Positions 51,601-64,000 of a stretch of 64,000 nt of DNA are shown here, one piece after another. The position numbers and the translations under genes were made by a program. This stretch comes from Octopus bimaculoides (Eukaryota). Position 1 is the first letter of the stretch. Every line of letters begins with the position of its first letter. The stretch covers positions 49,880,615-49,944,614 of the forward strand of contig NC_068998.1 of NCBI RefSeq assembly GCF_001194135.2, in the 5' to 3' direction. Below the pieces are notes generated by a model, which saw only the letters and a list, made by a program, of their open reading frames with translations, had not been told where the DNA came from and made no database searches.

Positions 51601-53029
51601 AAGATTCACCCGTGAACTCTCCAATACCACCGAATAAGCTCCATTTATACAGTTATAATGCAAAAAAACCTTCCTAAAACCACGCCTATTTTTTCCTAAA
51701 AGGAATTTGTAGAAAAACATCATGTGATTATTGTCCACCATTTAAATCACAAAGGGAATTTTCACCGCCAATTGCACCTTCAATAATTGAATTATAATTA
51801 AGGGAAAAGTTATTACCTTCACTATTATAGAAACTTATATTAGAATTCAAACCATAGCTACCAAACTGGTTATTAGGAAAATCATTAACATTTGTACTCA
51901 TGGAATCAGTAATTACCTACTTATATCGAAGATAAAACTGGATAATTTTTTCATTAATAAAAGAAATAATCTCAGATATATTCCGATAGACAGAAAAAGC
52001 AACCTTAATGGGTCTCGCATTCAAAATCTCATATCTACATTTTTGTTCAAGTGTATTAAAAATAATTTATACACCACCCCAACTAAGTTAATTTTTAATG
52101 GACTGGCTTAGGGCATAACATAACATATAATGCTACTCTTGTCCAAAATTAAATTAGAATGACCTAAATTATTCACCTTTTGTACCAAATTAGATTTATA
52201 AACTTTTATCACGTAATTATATTTATATTCGCGATCATTATTAACTGGAATTAAAGGATTACTGTCACTGTAGTTATGCCTACTTCCTAATTTATATGTA
52301 CCCTTCCGTTTAGATTTATCAGTATAATCATTGCTATAAATATCTAGGTATTCAATGTTCCTATTGTAACTGGCCTTTTTAAGGAGTATATTACCGTAAT
52401 CAGTATTTCTATCGAAAAGTTTAAGCCTGACCTAACTCTAGAAAAACAAGAGAAAATTCTTTCTATATAGATCCAATTCGCAGCAAGCTCCAGAAACTCA
52501 CACTCTAACGTAAACAGAATGTAAATAGCTACAAGCGTAAACTCCGCGGAATCTCTGGCTCCCATAGGAATATCAAAACTATCATAACTATCAGTTCTAA
52601 CCCAACTAATCAAACAGAAAATTCGAACGTGAGGAGGTACACAAGAAATATTTTAATTTACTGATAGGTGGAAGGAGAGAGCTGTTACCTTTCGATGATA
52701 GCTTTTCGTGGCAAAGAGGAAGAGAGAGAGAAAGAAGAAAATAAAGAAAAATCGCCACCAGTACACGTACGGTTACATTTCTGAATATATATGTGTGTGT
52801 GTGTGTATGTATTTAGTTTACATGAGCCAAAACATGACTGGTGAAGAAATAAGTAGCAGGTGATTAGTTTAACGCTTCAGAAGAATGGCGAAGTTTTTCA
52901 AGAGTGTTCAAATGAAATCGTCGCGAGAAAAAATATATGGATTATAATTCAGCACGATGAAATGGAACGTATATACGAGACAGGATCAAAAATTATACTC
53001 AGTCTTGTATTTTCAATGTATTTACAAAA

Positions 53030-53690
53030 AATCAGGGCGTAAAAAAATGAAGTTCATTTTCCTATTCACCTTCCTTTTGGATGTACTTGGACCAGCGGTC
53101 CATAAGCTTGCGTGTTCACTCCAAGAAGAAGGTTGTGTTTTCGTCGTGCAGCCATAACAGCACCGTTACACATCTTCATACGTAGGAAATTCACTATTTC
53201 GTAAGCCATCTTTGAGCGGTGAAAAGATATGAGAGTCAGAAGGGTCGAGATCTGGGCTGCAGGCAGTGTGTTCCAACAACTCAAAATCCAGTTGGTTAAT
53301 GGTTTCAGCGGTGTGTGCAACTGTCCGTGAGCGTGCATTGGCATGCAACAGCAAAACTTCCTCGATAATATGCTTCGGCCATTGAGGAAAATTGTTGGCT
53401 TAAATTTGTTGGCTAGAAAAGGACTTTATCCTGCGATGTTGATAGTAAAACACTTTACAATACAAATCGGACCACAGCACCTTGTTCTACCTTGGTACAC
53501 ATGGATAGTGGAGAGGTCATGCTTATACAGGAATGGTAGAAAGAAAAATGGTACGATGTGGCTCAAACTTCGATCACAGCTTCACAATAGTACCCAATAT
53601 ATGCACGCAGGCGCTGAAGGCAGCGTGACAATAGTAAATAGTTGTCATGCCGAAAGTGCACATTATATTTGATTTCCCTCGTGTACGTAT

Positions 53691-53695
<5 letters not shown>
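53030..53695 (-). mobile_element. mariner element, internally deleted
   Basis: ORF 53166..53354 LLHANARSRTVAHTAETINQLDFELLEHTACSPDLDPSDSHIFSPLKDGLR (HDNARPH...HPPYSPDLAPSDFHLF) plus an N-terminal EQGAVVRF remnant. Confidence 0.85.
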
Positions 53696-53757
<62 letters not shown>

Positions 53758-54021
53758 NNNNNNNNNNNNNNNNNNNNNNNNNNNNNNNNNNNNNNNNNNN
53801 NNNNNNNNNNNNNNNNNNNNNNNNNNNNNNNNNNNNNNNNNNNNNNNNNNNNNNNNNNNNNNNNNNNNNNNNNNNNNNNNNNNNNNNNNNNNNNNNNNNN
53901 NNNNNNNNNNNNNNNNNNNNNNNNNNNNNNNNNNNNNATCCTTTTATTATTTACACCACCTGTCCTCGTCTGTTGTTGTTTTTTCGTACATTCTCCCATA
54001 TATATATATATATATATATAT

Positions 54022-54055
<34 letters not shown>

Positions 54056-54497
54056 CCCGGAGTAAGTATATAAATGTGAAAAAAGGTGGAAAAAAGAGTA
54101 CTCAAATACCAGAGGTAGAGTAATATGCTTTATTTAAAAGCAGCAGAAATATAACAAAAGCTGTTACTCAGAGTTTCACGTTCCCGTCGGACAGTGTTGT
54201 TAAAATAGAACAGAAATAACGATATAATCAAAACTGGTTAAAGGATACATCTTTAAAAATGGATTTGTTTAATTGGTGTTTTCAATAAACGGTCTTAAGC
54301 ATGCAATGAAGAAAATAAAAACAAATGAATTCAATAAAAATTCATCGTATTATAAAAATCGAGGAAAACGGATTCAAAATGCGTATTGCAAATAGTTATA
54401 TACGAAATATAATTCACTACTTTTCTACCAAAGCAAGCCCCTTACCACACAGCCACTCAGCACCAATATGTGCTTTAGCTACAGATTTAGAATCGCC

Positions 54498-54499
<2 letters not shown>

Positions 54500-54573
<74 letters not shown>

Positions 54574-55075
54574 GAGTGAGAAAACAGTGCATGCCATCAA
54601 ATTGACACTAGGGGTAAAATATACGAAGCCAAGTATACCCATCATGACTACCCGTCTGATAAGAACTCATCAGGCAAATGCATTGCAATGATGTATGCGT
54701 GACATGGTGATTTCGCATCAAGATAAACAGCGCATGTCCTTGCAGGTAGAGCCCCGTTAGAATTTTCGTCAGTTCTTGTAGACCACCCCGCTCAAAAAGT
54801 CCCTGAATAAGGGTTGTTTAAGGATGTTGAAAAAGTGCAAATGTTTCCAGAGGAGAATTATCTAAGCCCCAAAGAATTCCTCTTAACACATGGGTATAAT
54901 GCTCCCCACACCCGTGCTCGTGAGAAGAGATGCACATATCGGCAGCCACTAAGGGACATGCTCAACTGGTTAAGGTGAAACAACTGACGAGCAAATCTGT
55001 GTCATTGAGCAGAATCTTTCCTGTAGCCCATCTTTCATAACAAGACAAAATAATGTACAAAATAATTAACAATCA
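54500..55075 (-). mobile_element. Retroposon 3' fragment with (ATT)n tail, family unassigned
   Basis: Higher-GC block bounded by an (ATT)n tract at 54498-54573; no assignable ORF. Confidence 0.4.
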
Positions 55076-55329
55076 GGTCTGTCTGTTTGTCTGATTAGCT
55101 GTGTGAATCTCTAAACCTCGAGAACTACACAACCGATTTCATTCAAATTTTACACGCGCCGTACTTAGGGTCCATACAGTTCATGGGCCAAACATATTTT
55201 CATCATCATGCTTAATTCGGGCCCGGAGCAATCTTCACTCTCTTACACTATTTCAGTATTACGTGTCAAAAGTGTATATACTCACAAACATAGACACACA
55301 CACACACATGTATATGTTTATATACAGAC

Positions 55330-55355
55330 CATCTGTTGCATTTAATGCCTATAAA
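55330..55355 (+). promoter_or_regulatory. Putative promoter of G7: E-box CATCTG and TATAAA
   Basis: CATCTG at 55330-55335 and TATAAA at 55350-55355, 78 nt before the ATG. CATCTG also lies ~95 nt upstream of the G2, G3 and G4 ATGs (11003, 14686, 24042). Confidence 0.45.
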
Positions 55356-55427
55356 CGTTCATAATTCACTTTTTAACTTGCGTATACTTTGCAGCATCAG
55401 ACGTTCCTGTTAGGAAAATTTTCTGAA

Positions 55428-58400
55428 ATGAAAGCTTGTGTATTCGTATTTATTCTCAGCTTTTGTAGATATCATATGCCAGGTATTTATTTTCCAAAAC
55501 ATTTCTATTTTAAAATGTGGATGTGATTGTACATGTCTCTTAAATACCGCCCATCTTTCTAACACACATGTCACGCACATACACATCTACACACACAAAC
55601 ACACACGCATACAGATAAACACACAGACACACACACACACATGGATAAAAAGTTAGTATTGTTTAGAAGTAATGCAGAGAAATATTATAATATAGCTATT
55701 ATCTAGGATGTCAATGGGTTAAGATATACGTTCCGTTGTTCTAAGAAAATAAATATTAGGTATATGAAAAGACTATATTGTACTTACTTATGATATGGGA
55801 CAAACCATTTTTAAACCAGTGGGGGAGTTTTTATTTTGTTAGGTTATAATACGAGTAACAGGTAATTTCCCTTTGTTTCGTATGGCTAAACTTGTCAGTT
55901 GATATTATGATGAAAAGCATCATGTGTTTCACTAGAGAAATATGTCTATAAGGTTTGTGGATAATGTGGATGTATATACGCGTGCGTGTAGTTTGCCGCC
56001 TTTCGTGTTGATTTTATACTTCATATTTTCTGTTTATTAATGGTATATATTTTATTATAGATCTATGCGATCATGGTATGTATGATTCATCGACTGTGTT
56101 ATTTCGTTTCAGTAGTGGATTACTTTTATTTTGGAATATAGTTACAAGTGTAAGTCTTTTGTTGTGTAGATTCTAAAGTCCGGAGGCAATCGTATTAAGT
56201 GTCTGGAATATGCTATTGGCATTGTTTAGAAACAAATTGAAGATATTGTTTGTTCAAATTACTGAACATGTTTCATGAATTATCGATGTTCGATATCTTT
56301 ATGTTTCTTTGCATTCAGAGCGTATGATGACATGCTTTATTGTCGGTGTGCTGTTGTTAAGGCATATATGTGAGATCATTGTCCCGGAACATATCGCTTT
56401 TGTGTTTTAGCTTCAGGTAAAACCTTGCATTTATTTTCTTTTATGAAGCGTGCGTTCAGTTTATCTCGCTTTATTTATGCTTTCATTCAAACACTTATGA
56501 GTTATGCTTTCGTTTTCTCCTTCAGTATGTCTGCGAAGTATGACATATAACGTTTATATTTTGGACCGTTTTTTGAATATTGGCTTATTTTGCTCAGTGA
56601 TGCATATGATATCTAACCCTTGTTTGATGTGATTGAGATTTGTTCGGTTATATGGCGTTCAAACAGTGGTAATCGATGGATAGATTCTAAATGATCGCTA
56701 TATGATGTTACAGTATGTTACTTACGTTTTCTGATCTTACACTGATATATTTTAAATCACTGGGAGTGAGTGTCTTCGCATATATTACGGTTGTATGTTT
56801 CTTTCTCTTTGTGCGTGTTGTGTGCATATGACTTCGAATGTTTCACTAGCTGACCAGATATCGCATTTTCGGACTGTATGTATTGTGATTATGTAGCTTT
56901 GTTGACATAATTTCGTGTGTATATACTCTCCCTGTGGTAGTCATATACATGTTTTTATGCGTTTGCCTGAAAACTGGAGGTCTGCAGCATGTTTACTGGT
57001 CATACGATTTTCATATTGTATATTTTGTACGACTGTAGCTAAATTCTTCACTATTGTCTCTAGTGAAAAGTTTGAGATATCTATGCTATTTAGGAGTTGT
57101 TTGCTAAAAACACCCTATGAGATTTGTACCCAGTTATTTCTCCAGTGAGACTGAACAGTGCTAGGAACGCGCTGTGGGTCTTTTCAGGGGGTTGTTGCTT
57201 ATTGTTTGTTGGTGATGTCTGTGCTATATATTACTGTTTGTCTGGGAATAGGAATGGACTTAGTGTTCGTTTGATTCTGCTCTGTCATATATTGTAGTCA
57301 GACGGAATTATTGAAAGATTGGGATTTTATTTGTCACAAGTAACCATCCAACCAGAAAGTGGAAACCTTGCAATCATTATCACACACAAATGAATATACA
57401 TCATCTTAAAACAACCCTTCTTTTTTTCTGGTGGATTCACCCTAAAATCATTGATTCATACAAAAATGAATGCTTTAATTAAAATTGGATGAATTTATAT
57501 ATGCTCATCGTTATAAGAAATGAACGACATTAAACACAATGCTAAATTTATAGTTCTTTCAGCGATACAGTCATGCATCGTGTCTGCACAAACATACTGC
57601 AAACTTGCTTTGGATCAGTATCCTCTGCGGAATCCAGATGTCAATTACTGCAAGTACATACATATTCATGCTATTATTATTTTTTATTAGTTCACATCTA
57701 ATTAGATTTTATTTAGTTTAACTTTATTAGATAACAATCAATGTTTTCAAAATACCGTAAACTCTTAATTGTTAATTCACTGTTGTTTCATGCATTGGTT
57801 CAAAGCTACTAATAGTCAGGTTAAGTCATTCTAACATGTTATTGCTCAGTGCTTGAACACAAGTTATTTTATCGAAATAACGATTGCGAAATATAACAAC
57901 AGCAATAATATGGTAATTAGTTTGGCGTTCTACGGAACCAAGTTTTAACCGGATAACTAAATGCACACACACATATACATATACATATATATATATATTT
58001 ATATATATATATATATATNNNNNNNNNNNNNNNNNNNNNNNNNNNNNNNNNNNNNNNNNNNNNNNNNNNNNNNNNNNNNNNNNNNNNNNNNNNNNNNNNN
58101 NNNNNNNNNNNNNNNNNNNNNNNNNNNNNNNNNNNNNNNNNNNNNNNNNNNNNNNNNNNNNNNNNNNNNNNNNNNNNNNNNNNNNNNNNNNNNNNNNNNN
58201 NNNNNNNNNNNNNNNNNNNNNNNNNNNNNNNNNNNNNNNNNNNNNNNNNNNNNNNNNNNNNNNNNNNNNNNNNNNNNNNNNNNNNNNNNNNNNNNNNNNN
58301 NNNNNNNNNNNNNNNNNNNNNNNNNNNNNNNNNNNNNNNNNNNNNNNNNNNNNNGGGGGGGGGGGTGTCAGTCTGAAGACAGTCCATAGGATTCGGAAAG

Positions 58401-59012
58401 AGTTGGTTGAGTCTAATGGTGATTACGAAGGTGTTTTGGAGTGATCACTAGTGATAGCAATGTTATGTCCCCATTTCTCTTCCCACATAGACTCAAACTC
58501 AAGACGGAGGCCTACATCAAGTGTCTGGAAGCGATAAAGCTGCCAGCGATGAAGAGGGTTGCCGCTGCAAGACCCTGTATCTGACTACAGGATTCTGCAC
58601 CATGCCACACATGCAGCAGATGCCAGCCATGGTAGTCAGACTATTTCTCCGATCACAATCACCCCTAGCATCTGGCCATCTAACTCCCGAAACTGCGATC
58701 CCCTTGATAATTACGTGTGGGGCAAAATTTCTTGAACTGAACGCAATGATTATGGCAGCATTCATCATTTTAAACACGGAGACCGTAAAGAAGAGTTGCA
58801 GGAGATTCCGAAGTTATCTCGACTCCGTGGTTGATATCAATGGCGATTTTACTGAATAAATTTAGTCGTTAGAGTTTCATGATATTTTATGTAATTTTCG
58901 TAAATATATCTGTTAAAATAAGATGTCTGATTTATTTTTATTTTCAAGTAATAATTTAGACGAAAGTTTATTCACCGCACCTTATACACACACACACATA
59001 CACCCCCCCCAC

Positions 59013-59067
<55 letters not shown>

Positions 59068-59077
59068 NNNNNNNNNN

Positions 59078-59147
<70 letters not shown>

Positions 59148-59898
59148 TTTGTGTGCTTGTGTGTGTTTGTGCGTATTCGTATTTGTGCCTAAATTGGTCA
59201 ACAATCCACACACTCTTGACATTTATCGTTTGTCGAAATATGGGCAGCAAATGTGTCAGGGTGAATTGAATTTGGTTCCATAAATTGATCTCAAATATAA
59301 ACGACTTAACATTTGCACGATATTATTTTAAAGAAAGCTAAGAGACTTTATCTACTTAAGAAATATAATACAAAACGATGTTTGCTGTTGTAAATGATTT
59401 TGTGACAAACGATTAAATGCAACTTTCGTATATTTTCCAGCCGTCTAAAAGTCTTACATGTATGCTATCCACCGGGTTCTAATTGCTTTCGCTCTATTCA
59501 CTTACTCCGTGAGCATGAATGTCAAAGTAAGCTATTTCACTTAATCCATTATTATTGATAAAAATACTGTATCACTCTCCTAGTTTCAAAACACCGATTA
59601 TTTTAGATAATTTCCTTTGTGAAGTCAATTCTAAGTGGATAAAATATTGAATCAATGATCATTTTGTAAAGGTGAACTTATCCTTTACCAGAAGAAAAAA
59701 ATATATTACTACATTGCATTCTTTTATGATGGGACACAGGAAGAGCATCTTCCTGTATATATTGTTTTTATATGTGTGGTTCTTTATAGCATTGAAGTCA
59801 GATTTTCATTTATAGTTTGCTGAGTACCAATCAACTGGATGTATTTTATTGTTTTACTAGGAACCAGTTATATATACATCTGGAAAATCTACATAGTG

Positions 59899-59939
<41 letters not shown>

Positions 59940-60228
59940 CATACTGGAAACCAGTAATATATTATATATATTTACTTTCTCGACATACGCGTAATATATG
60001 GAGAAATATAATATAGAAAATACAAATAAAACCCTAGTAAATCAGAGGAGTTAGTGTCAATAATTTTTTTTTAATGTTTGTCTAAAAATAACTATAACGA
60101 ACTGTTTTGTATCTATTTCAGGAAAGACGACCGAGAGTGGTGTACATTCGACCTACATTTGCACTCCATATAAGCCATTACTGCTATTCCTTATGTCGTC
60201 AGTGGTGTCGAGAAATAAAATCATATGA
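55428..60228 (+). CDS. G7: divergent 6-Cys family protein, ~109 aa; join(55428..55464,57554..57653,59441..59526,60122..60228)
   Basis: MKACVFVFILSFFLSAIQSCIVSAQTYCKLALDQYPLRNPDVNYCNRLKVLHVCYPPGSNCFRSIHLLREHECQRKTTESGVHSTYICTPYKPLLLFLMSSVVSRNKII*. Exon lengths 37/100/86 match the paralogs. The first donor is a weak GTAGAT, with an alternative at 55482; the tail exon is the least certain. Confidence 0.75.
58360..58900 (+). mobile_element. Tc1/mariner (DD37D-like) transposase fragment
   Basis: Frameshifted SIWPSNSRNCDPLDNYVWG matches the WPPNSPDLNPLDYYVWG motif. Confidence 0.7.
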
Positions 60229-63094
60229 TTCGAAATAATCGATATCAAATTAATGATGTAACTATGATATGTGCTATATTTATATAGATATACTATATTT
60301 ATATTAGTTTGTTAGTCTTATTTTCTTATTCAAGTGTTAAATATATAATGTCAACTCGTAATTTTCTAAAACGAATACCGCTTAAGGATGTCACGTTATT
60401 ATTAATAATAATGCTACGATGCCAATATATCTTGCATTTCATTGTTACAGTAATAATTGGTTACTTGTTTGCAATAACTGTAATGTGTGTGGAAATGCGT
60501 TTGCAATGGCACGTCTATATCTCCGTTTTATATAGAGTAACAATAAAATACAAAAAAAAGGTACAGTAATAAAATAAATTGTACATCCAATGCAAATTTG
60601 TGTGAAATTTCTATATTACTGCATTATTGTCATACAGCCATGATGTCATTAACTTCAACACATATTGAGTTATGTTACGTTAATAAAAACTGTAATATCA
60701 CTGTCAATCACTTACATAAGACTGAAAATTATATTATCAACGATTTATCAAACCTTAACCACGATGCGTTTAATATGAGAAAGAACCATCTTTTCAAATT
60801 AATCTATATGTTTCTTCAATTCTAATTTAATGAACTATAAATCAGATTAGAGGAAAATGTTGAATCTGTATATGTATCACACTTTGGGAATAACTAAAGT
60901 GCAGGCATTTTGTTTTGCAAGTTATTTAATTTTGTTATCACGTTAGAAGCAACCGTTACATTTCGTACAATGTTTCGCCTGAGAAATGGCGTCCAGGCGT
61001 AGAAAATACGGTAAATCTGACATTGATGTCTACTGACTCACAAGCTTCTATCAAACCGTCAAAACTATACAAGCATCAAAAACAGATGTTAATTGATGAT
61101 GGCGATGATGATCATGAACATTATCATGATAATCACGTTCATGAGCTACGTTATGGAGAGGTAAGGAACCAACAACTAGTGTCAAGCGATACTGGGGACA
61201 AGCCCATACAAATACACGAACGCACACACATACATTCACAGTTTAGGCAAACACACACACACCACACAGCCATACACACATAAACGCACACAAACGCAGA
61301 CAAACGCACGCTTAGACTGAGACATGCACACACATTCACGTATATGCATGTGTCTGAGCAGGATATTACTGGTTATGCTCTCCAATTTTGTTCACTAATT
61401 GTAATATATGTGCAAGAAACTTAAATCGTGTGCCTAGTAAATGATATTTATCTCTCAGCGGATGGATTTCATTTCTGTGAACCCTACCAATAACGCAAGA
61501 ACAACTATAGGTGTTATATACTTACTTTTATAACATAATCACTTTCCCGCCAAACATATACATGCAAAAAGGTGTTAACAGACAAATGTATGCTTATGTC
61601 CCTTTAACAATAAACGATCGATGACTCAAATCTGTTATGGATGTACATACAGACATAAATGTAAACGTTGTCTAGGATAGGCAAGTGAGTTATCCTCCGT
61701 TGTTTATGTAGCACACGTATCGCTAAGCTATGCCAATGGTCGGGCAAAGACCAAGCGTTATAATAGTTCTGCGGAAGTGGAAGGAAAATTTAAATCTAGA
61801 TGCAACAACTATTTTCAAACTTTAATTCCCCCGAGAAGAGATATGCGATAGCTTCCTAGTCATTACTCTGGAAACTTAAGTACGAGCAGATAGTTACAAC
61901 AAAAATTCTGAATATGATTTCTGTGTATATTAACGGGTCAGAAAGATGTTCCGAAAGTTAGCTATTAAAATCTAAATCATCTATAAAAACCAGAAACAAT
62001 TAATGACGTGTAAAAGTAGATACGTTTCTCTCTTAAAAGTATGAGAAATTTGGCGAAATTTGCGAAGAATTCAATATTTCTGCTTGCGTCGAAGTTTCCG
62101 CACTGTTTTTTTTTTTTGTCATTTGCACGTGTCGCTTAATTTCACACTCGTACACTCAGACACATACACACTCAACACAAATGAGTTGCAGGAGTAAATT
62201 ATGTACGCACGTCAGTATATATATATATATATATATATNNNNNNNNNNNNNNNNNNNNNNNNNNNNNNNNNNNNNNNNNNNNNNNNNNNNNNNNNNNNNN
62301 NNNNNNNNNNNNNNNNNNNNNNNNNNNNNNNNNNNNNNNNNNNNNNNNNNNNNNNNNNNNNNNNNNNNNNNNNNNNNNNNNNNNNNNNNNNNNNNNNNNN
62401 NNNNNNNNNNNNNNNNNNNNNNNNNNNNNNNNNNNNNNNNNNNNNNNNNNNNNNNNNNNNNNNNNNNNNNNNNNNNNNNNNNNNNNNNNNNNNNNNNNNN
62501 NNNNNNNNNNNNNNNNNNNNNNNNNNNNNNNNNNNNNNNNNNNNNNNNNNNNNNNNNNNNNNNNNNNNNNNNNNNNNNNNNNNNNNNNNNNNNNNNNNNN
62601 NNNNNNNNNNNNNNNNNNNNNNNNNNNNNNNNNNNNNNNNNNNNNNNNNNNNNNNNNNNNNNNNNNNNNNNNNNNNNNNNNNNNNNNNNNNNNNNNNNNN
62701 NNNNNNNNNNNNNNNNNNNNNNNNNNNNNNNNNNNNNNNNNNNNNNNNNNNNNNNNNNNNNNNNNNNNNNNNNNNNNNNNNNNNNNNNNNNNNNNNNNNN
62801 NNNNNNNNNNNNNNNNNNNNNNNNNNNNNNNNNNNNNNNNNNNNNNNNNNNNNNNNNNNNNNNNNNNNNNNNNNNNNNNNNNNNNNNNNNNNNNNNNNNN
62901 NNNNNNNNNNNNNNNNNNNNNNNNNNNNNNNNNNNNNNNNNNNNNNNNNNNNNNNNNNNNNNNNNNNNNNNNNNNNNNNNNNNNNNNNNNNNNNNNNNNN
63001 NNNNNNNNNNNNNNNNNNNNNNNNNNNNNNNNNNNNNNNNNNNNNNNNNNNNNNNNNNNNNNNNNNNNNNNNNNNNNNNNNNNNNNNNNNNNNN

Positions 63095-63132
<38 letters not shown>

Positions 63133-63952
63133 AGCAATATAGATTAGTCTTTTCAAAAGCATGAATCGTAATGATCTACTTTGGTAATGTGAAGAATAAT
63201 AAAATAATATTCTGCTTGGAACCTCAATGTGACACACATGCAGAAGTACGTTTGTGGGTGATTGTGGTGGTTTTGCAAGTATTTGTATTTTTAGTTTACA
63301 TTTCTCCTCACAAAAGAAGCTGGTATGTGTGTACGACTGTGTCCGTACTAACGAGATGCATATGAAATAATACAGAAATGCAACCTTTTATTAACGTTCC
63401 ACAATGCATATGATCGTCATTTTCAAAAATTTAATACACGTGTCTTTGGTGGCTTTAATCAGGATGATAAAATCAGTCCCCAGTCGTAATATACAATTTC
63501 GAAAGAAATATTTGATGCCAGATGGAACCGTACTTGTTGAAACTTAAATCATCAGAATACATTTAAATATGACATTTCAATCATTAAATATGTGATTAAC
63601 AGCATATAGCGATGTCTATATTATGTATAGAGATGTATATGGAATTTTAGTGTGCGTAAACAGATGCTACATCTTATATATTTCTAAGTGCCACAGTTTT
63701 CCGTACACAATTATTCACTGCCAAAAGTTAAGCTTGGAAAATAAACCATGTTAAAATTGTTTGTTATAATATCTGCGCTCATTGCTGGTGAGTAAATGTA
63801 ATATGCGTTATGCATATATATTCTTTTGAAAATATCTGTACTTATTTTCATATTCACACAGAGACACACGTACACATATAACTATATATATATAGATGAC
63901 CCGGAACCGTGTGGTTGGTAGGCAAGCTGCTTACCACACAGCCACTCCTACT

Positions 63953-64000
<48 letters not shown>

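Noticed and set aside
51700-52620. AT-rich block considered as a NUMT or host exon
   Set aside because: No recognisable mitochondrial gene or tRNA. Only a faint KPDLTL...IFYIDP remnant suggests a decayed retroelement endonuclease, too weak to call.
63179-63300. TGCAA|GTA end resembling another exon A
   Set aside because: The frame upstream has several stops and no Cys pattern, and no signal exon was found after 60.3 kb.

Overview
AT-rich eukaryotic draft-scaffold DNA with many N gaps and dense microsatellites, SINEs, Penelope-like elements, R4/Dong- and RTE-type LINE ends, mariner/Tc1 relics and a non-autonomous Helitron. The repeat landscape looks like an octopod cephalopod such as Octopus; this is an inference, not verified. 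Almost all ORFs in the supplied track are microsatellite, N-gap or transposon noise. Below the ORF-length cutoff lies a head-to-tail (+ strand) tandem cluster of short-exon genes that I reconstructed by hand from splice sites. Each unit has a 37-nt signal-peptide exon, a 100-nt exon A, an 86-92-nt exon B and a terminal exon encoding a hydrophobic GPI-like tail (intron phases 1, 2, 1). Exons A+B encode a ~56-58-aa module C-x7-C-x16-C-x8-C-x6/7-C-x11/12-C with conserved YP..PD and RL. Five genes look intact: G2, G3, G4 and G7 (98-109 aa) and the two-domain G6 (161 aa). G1 is truncated, G5 appears to lack the domain exons, and a decayed relic sits at ~30-32.7 kb. The C-x8-C-x7-C core resembles the RGM N-terminal/neuritin helical Cys module; that family assignment is a hypothesis needing a search.
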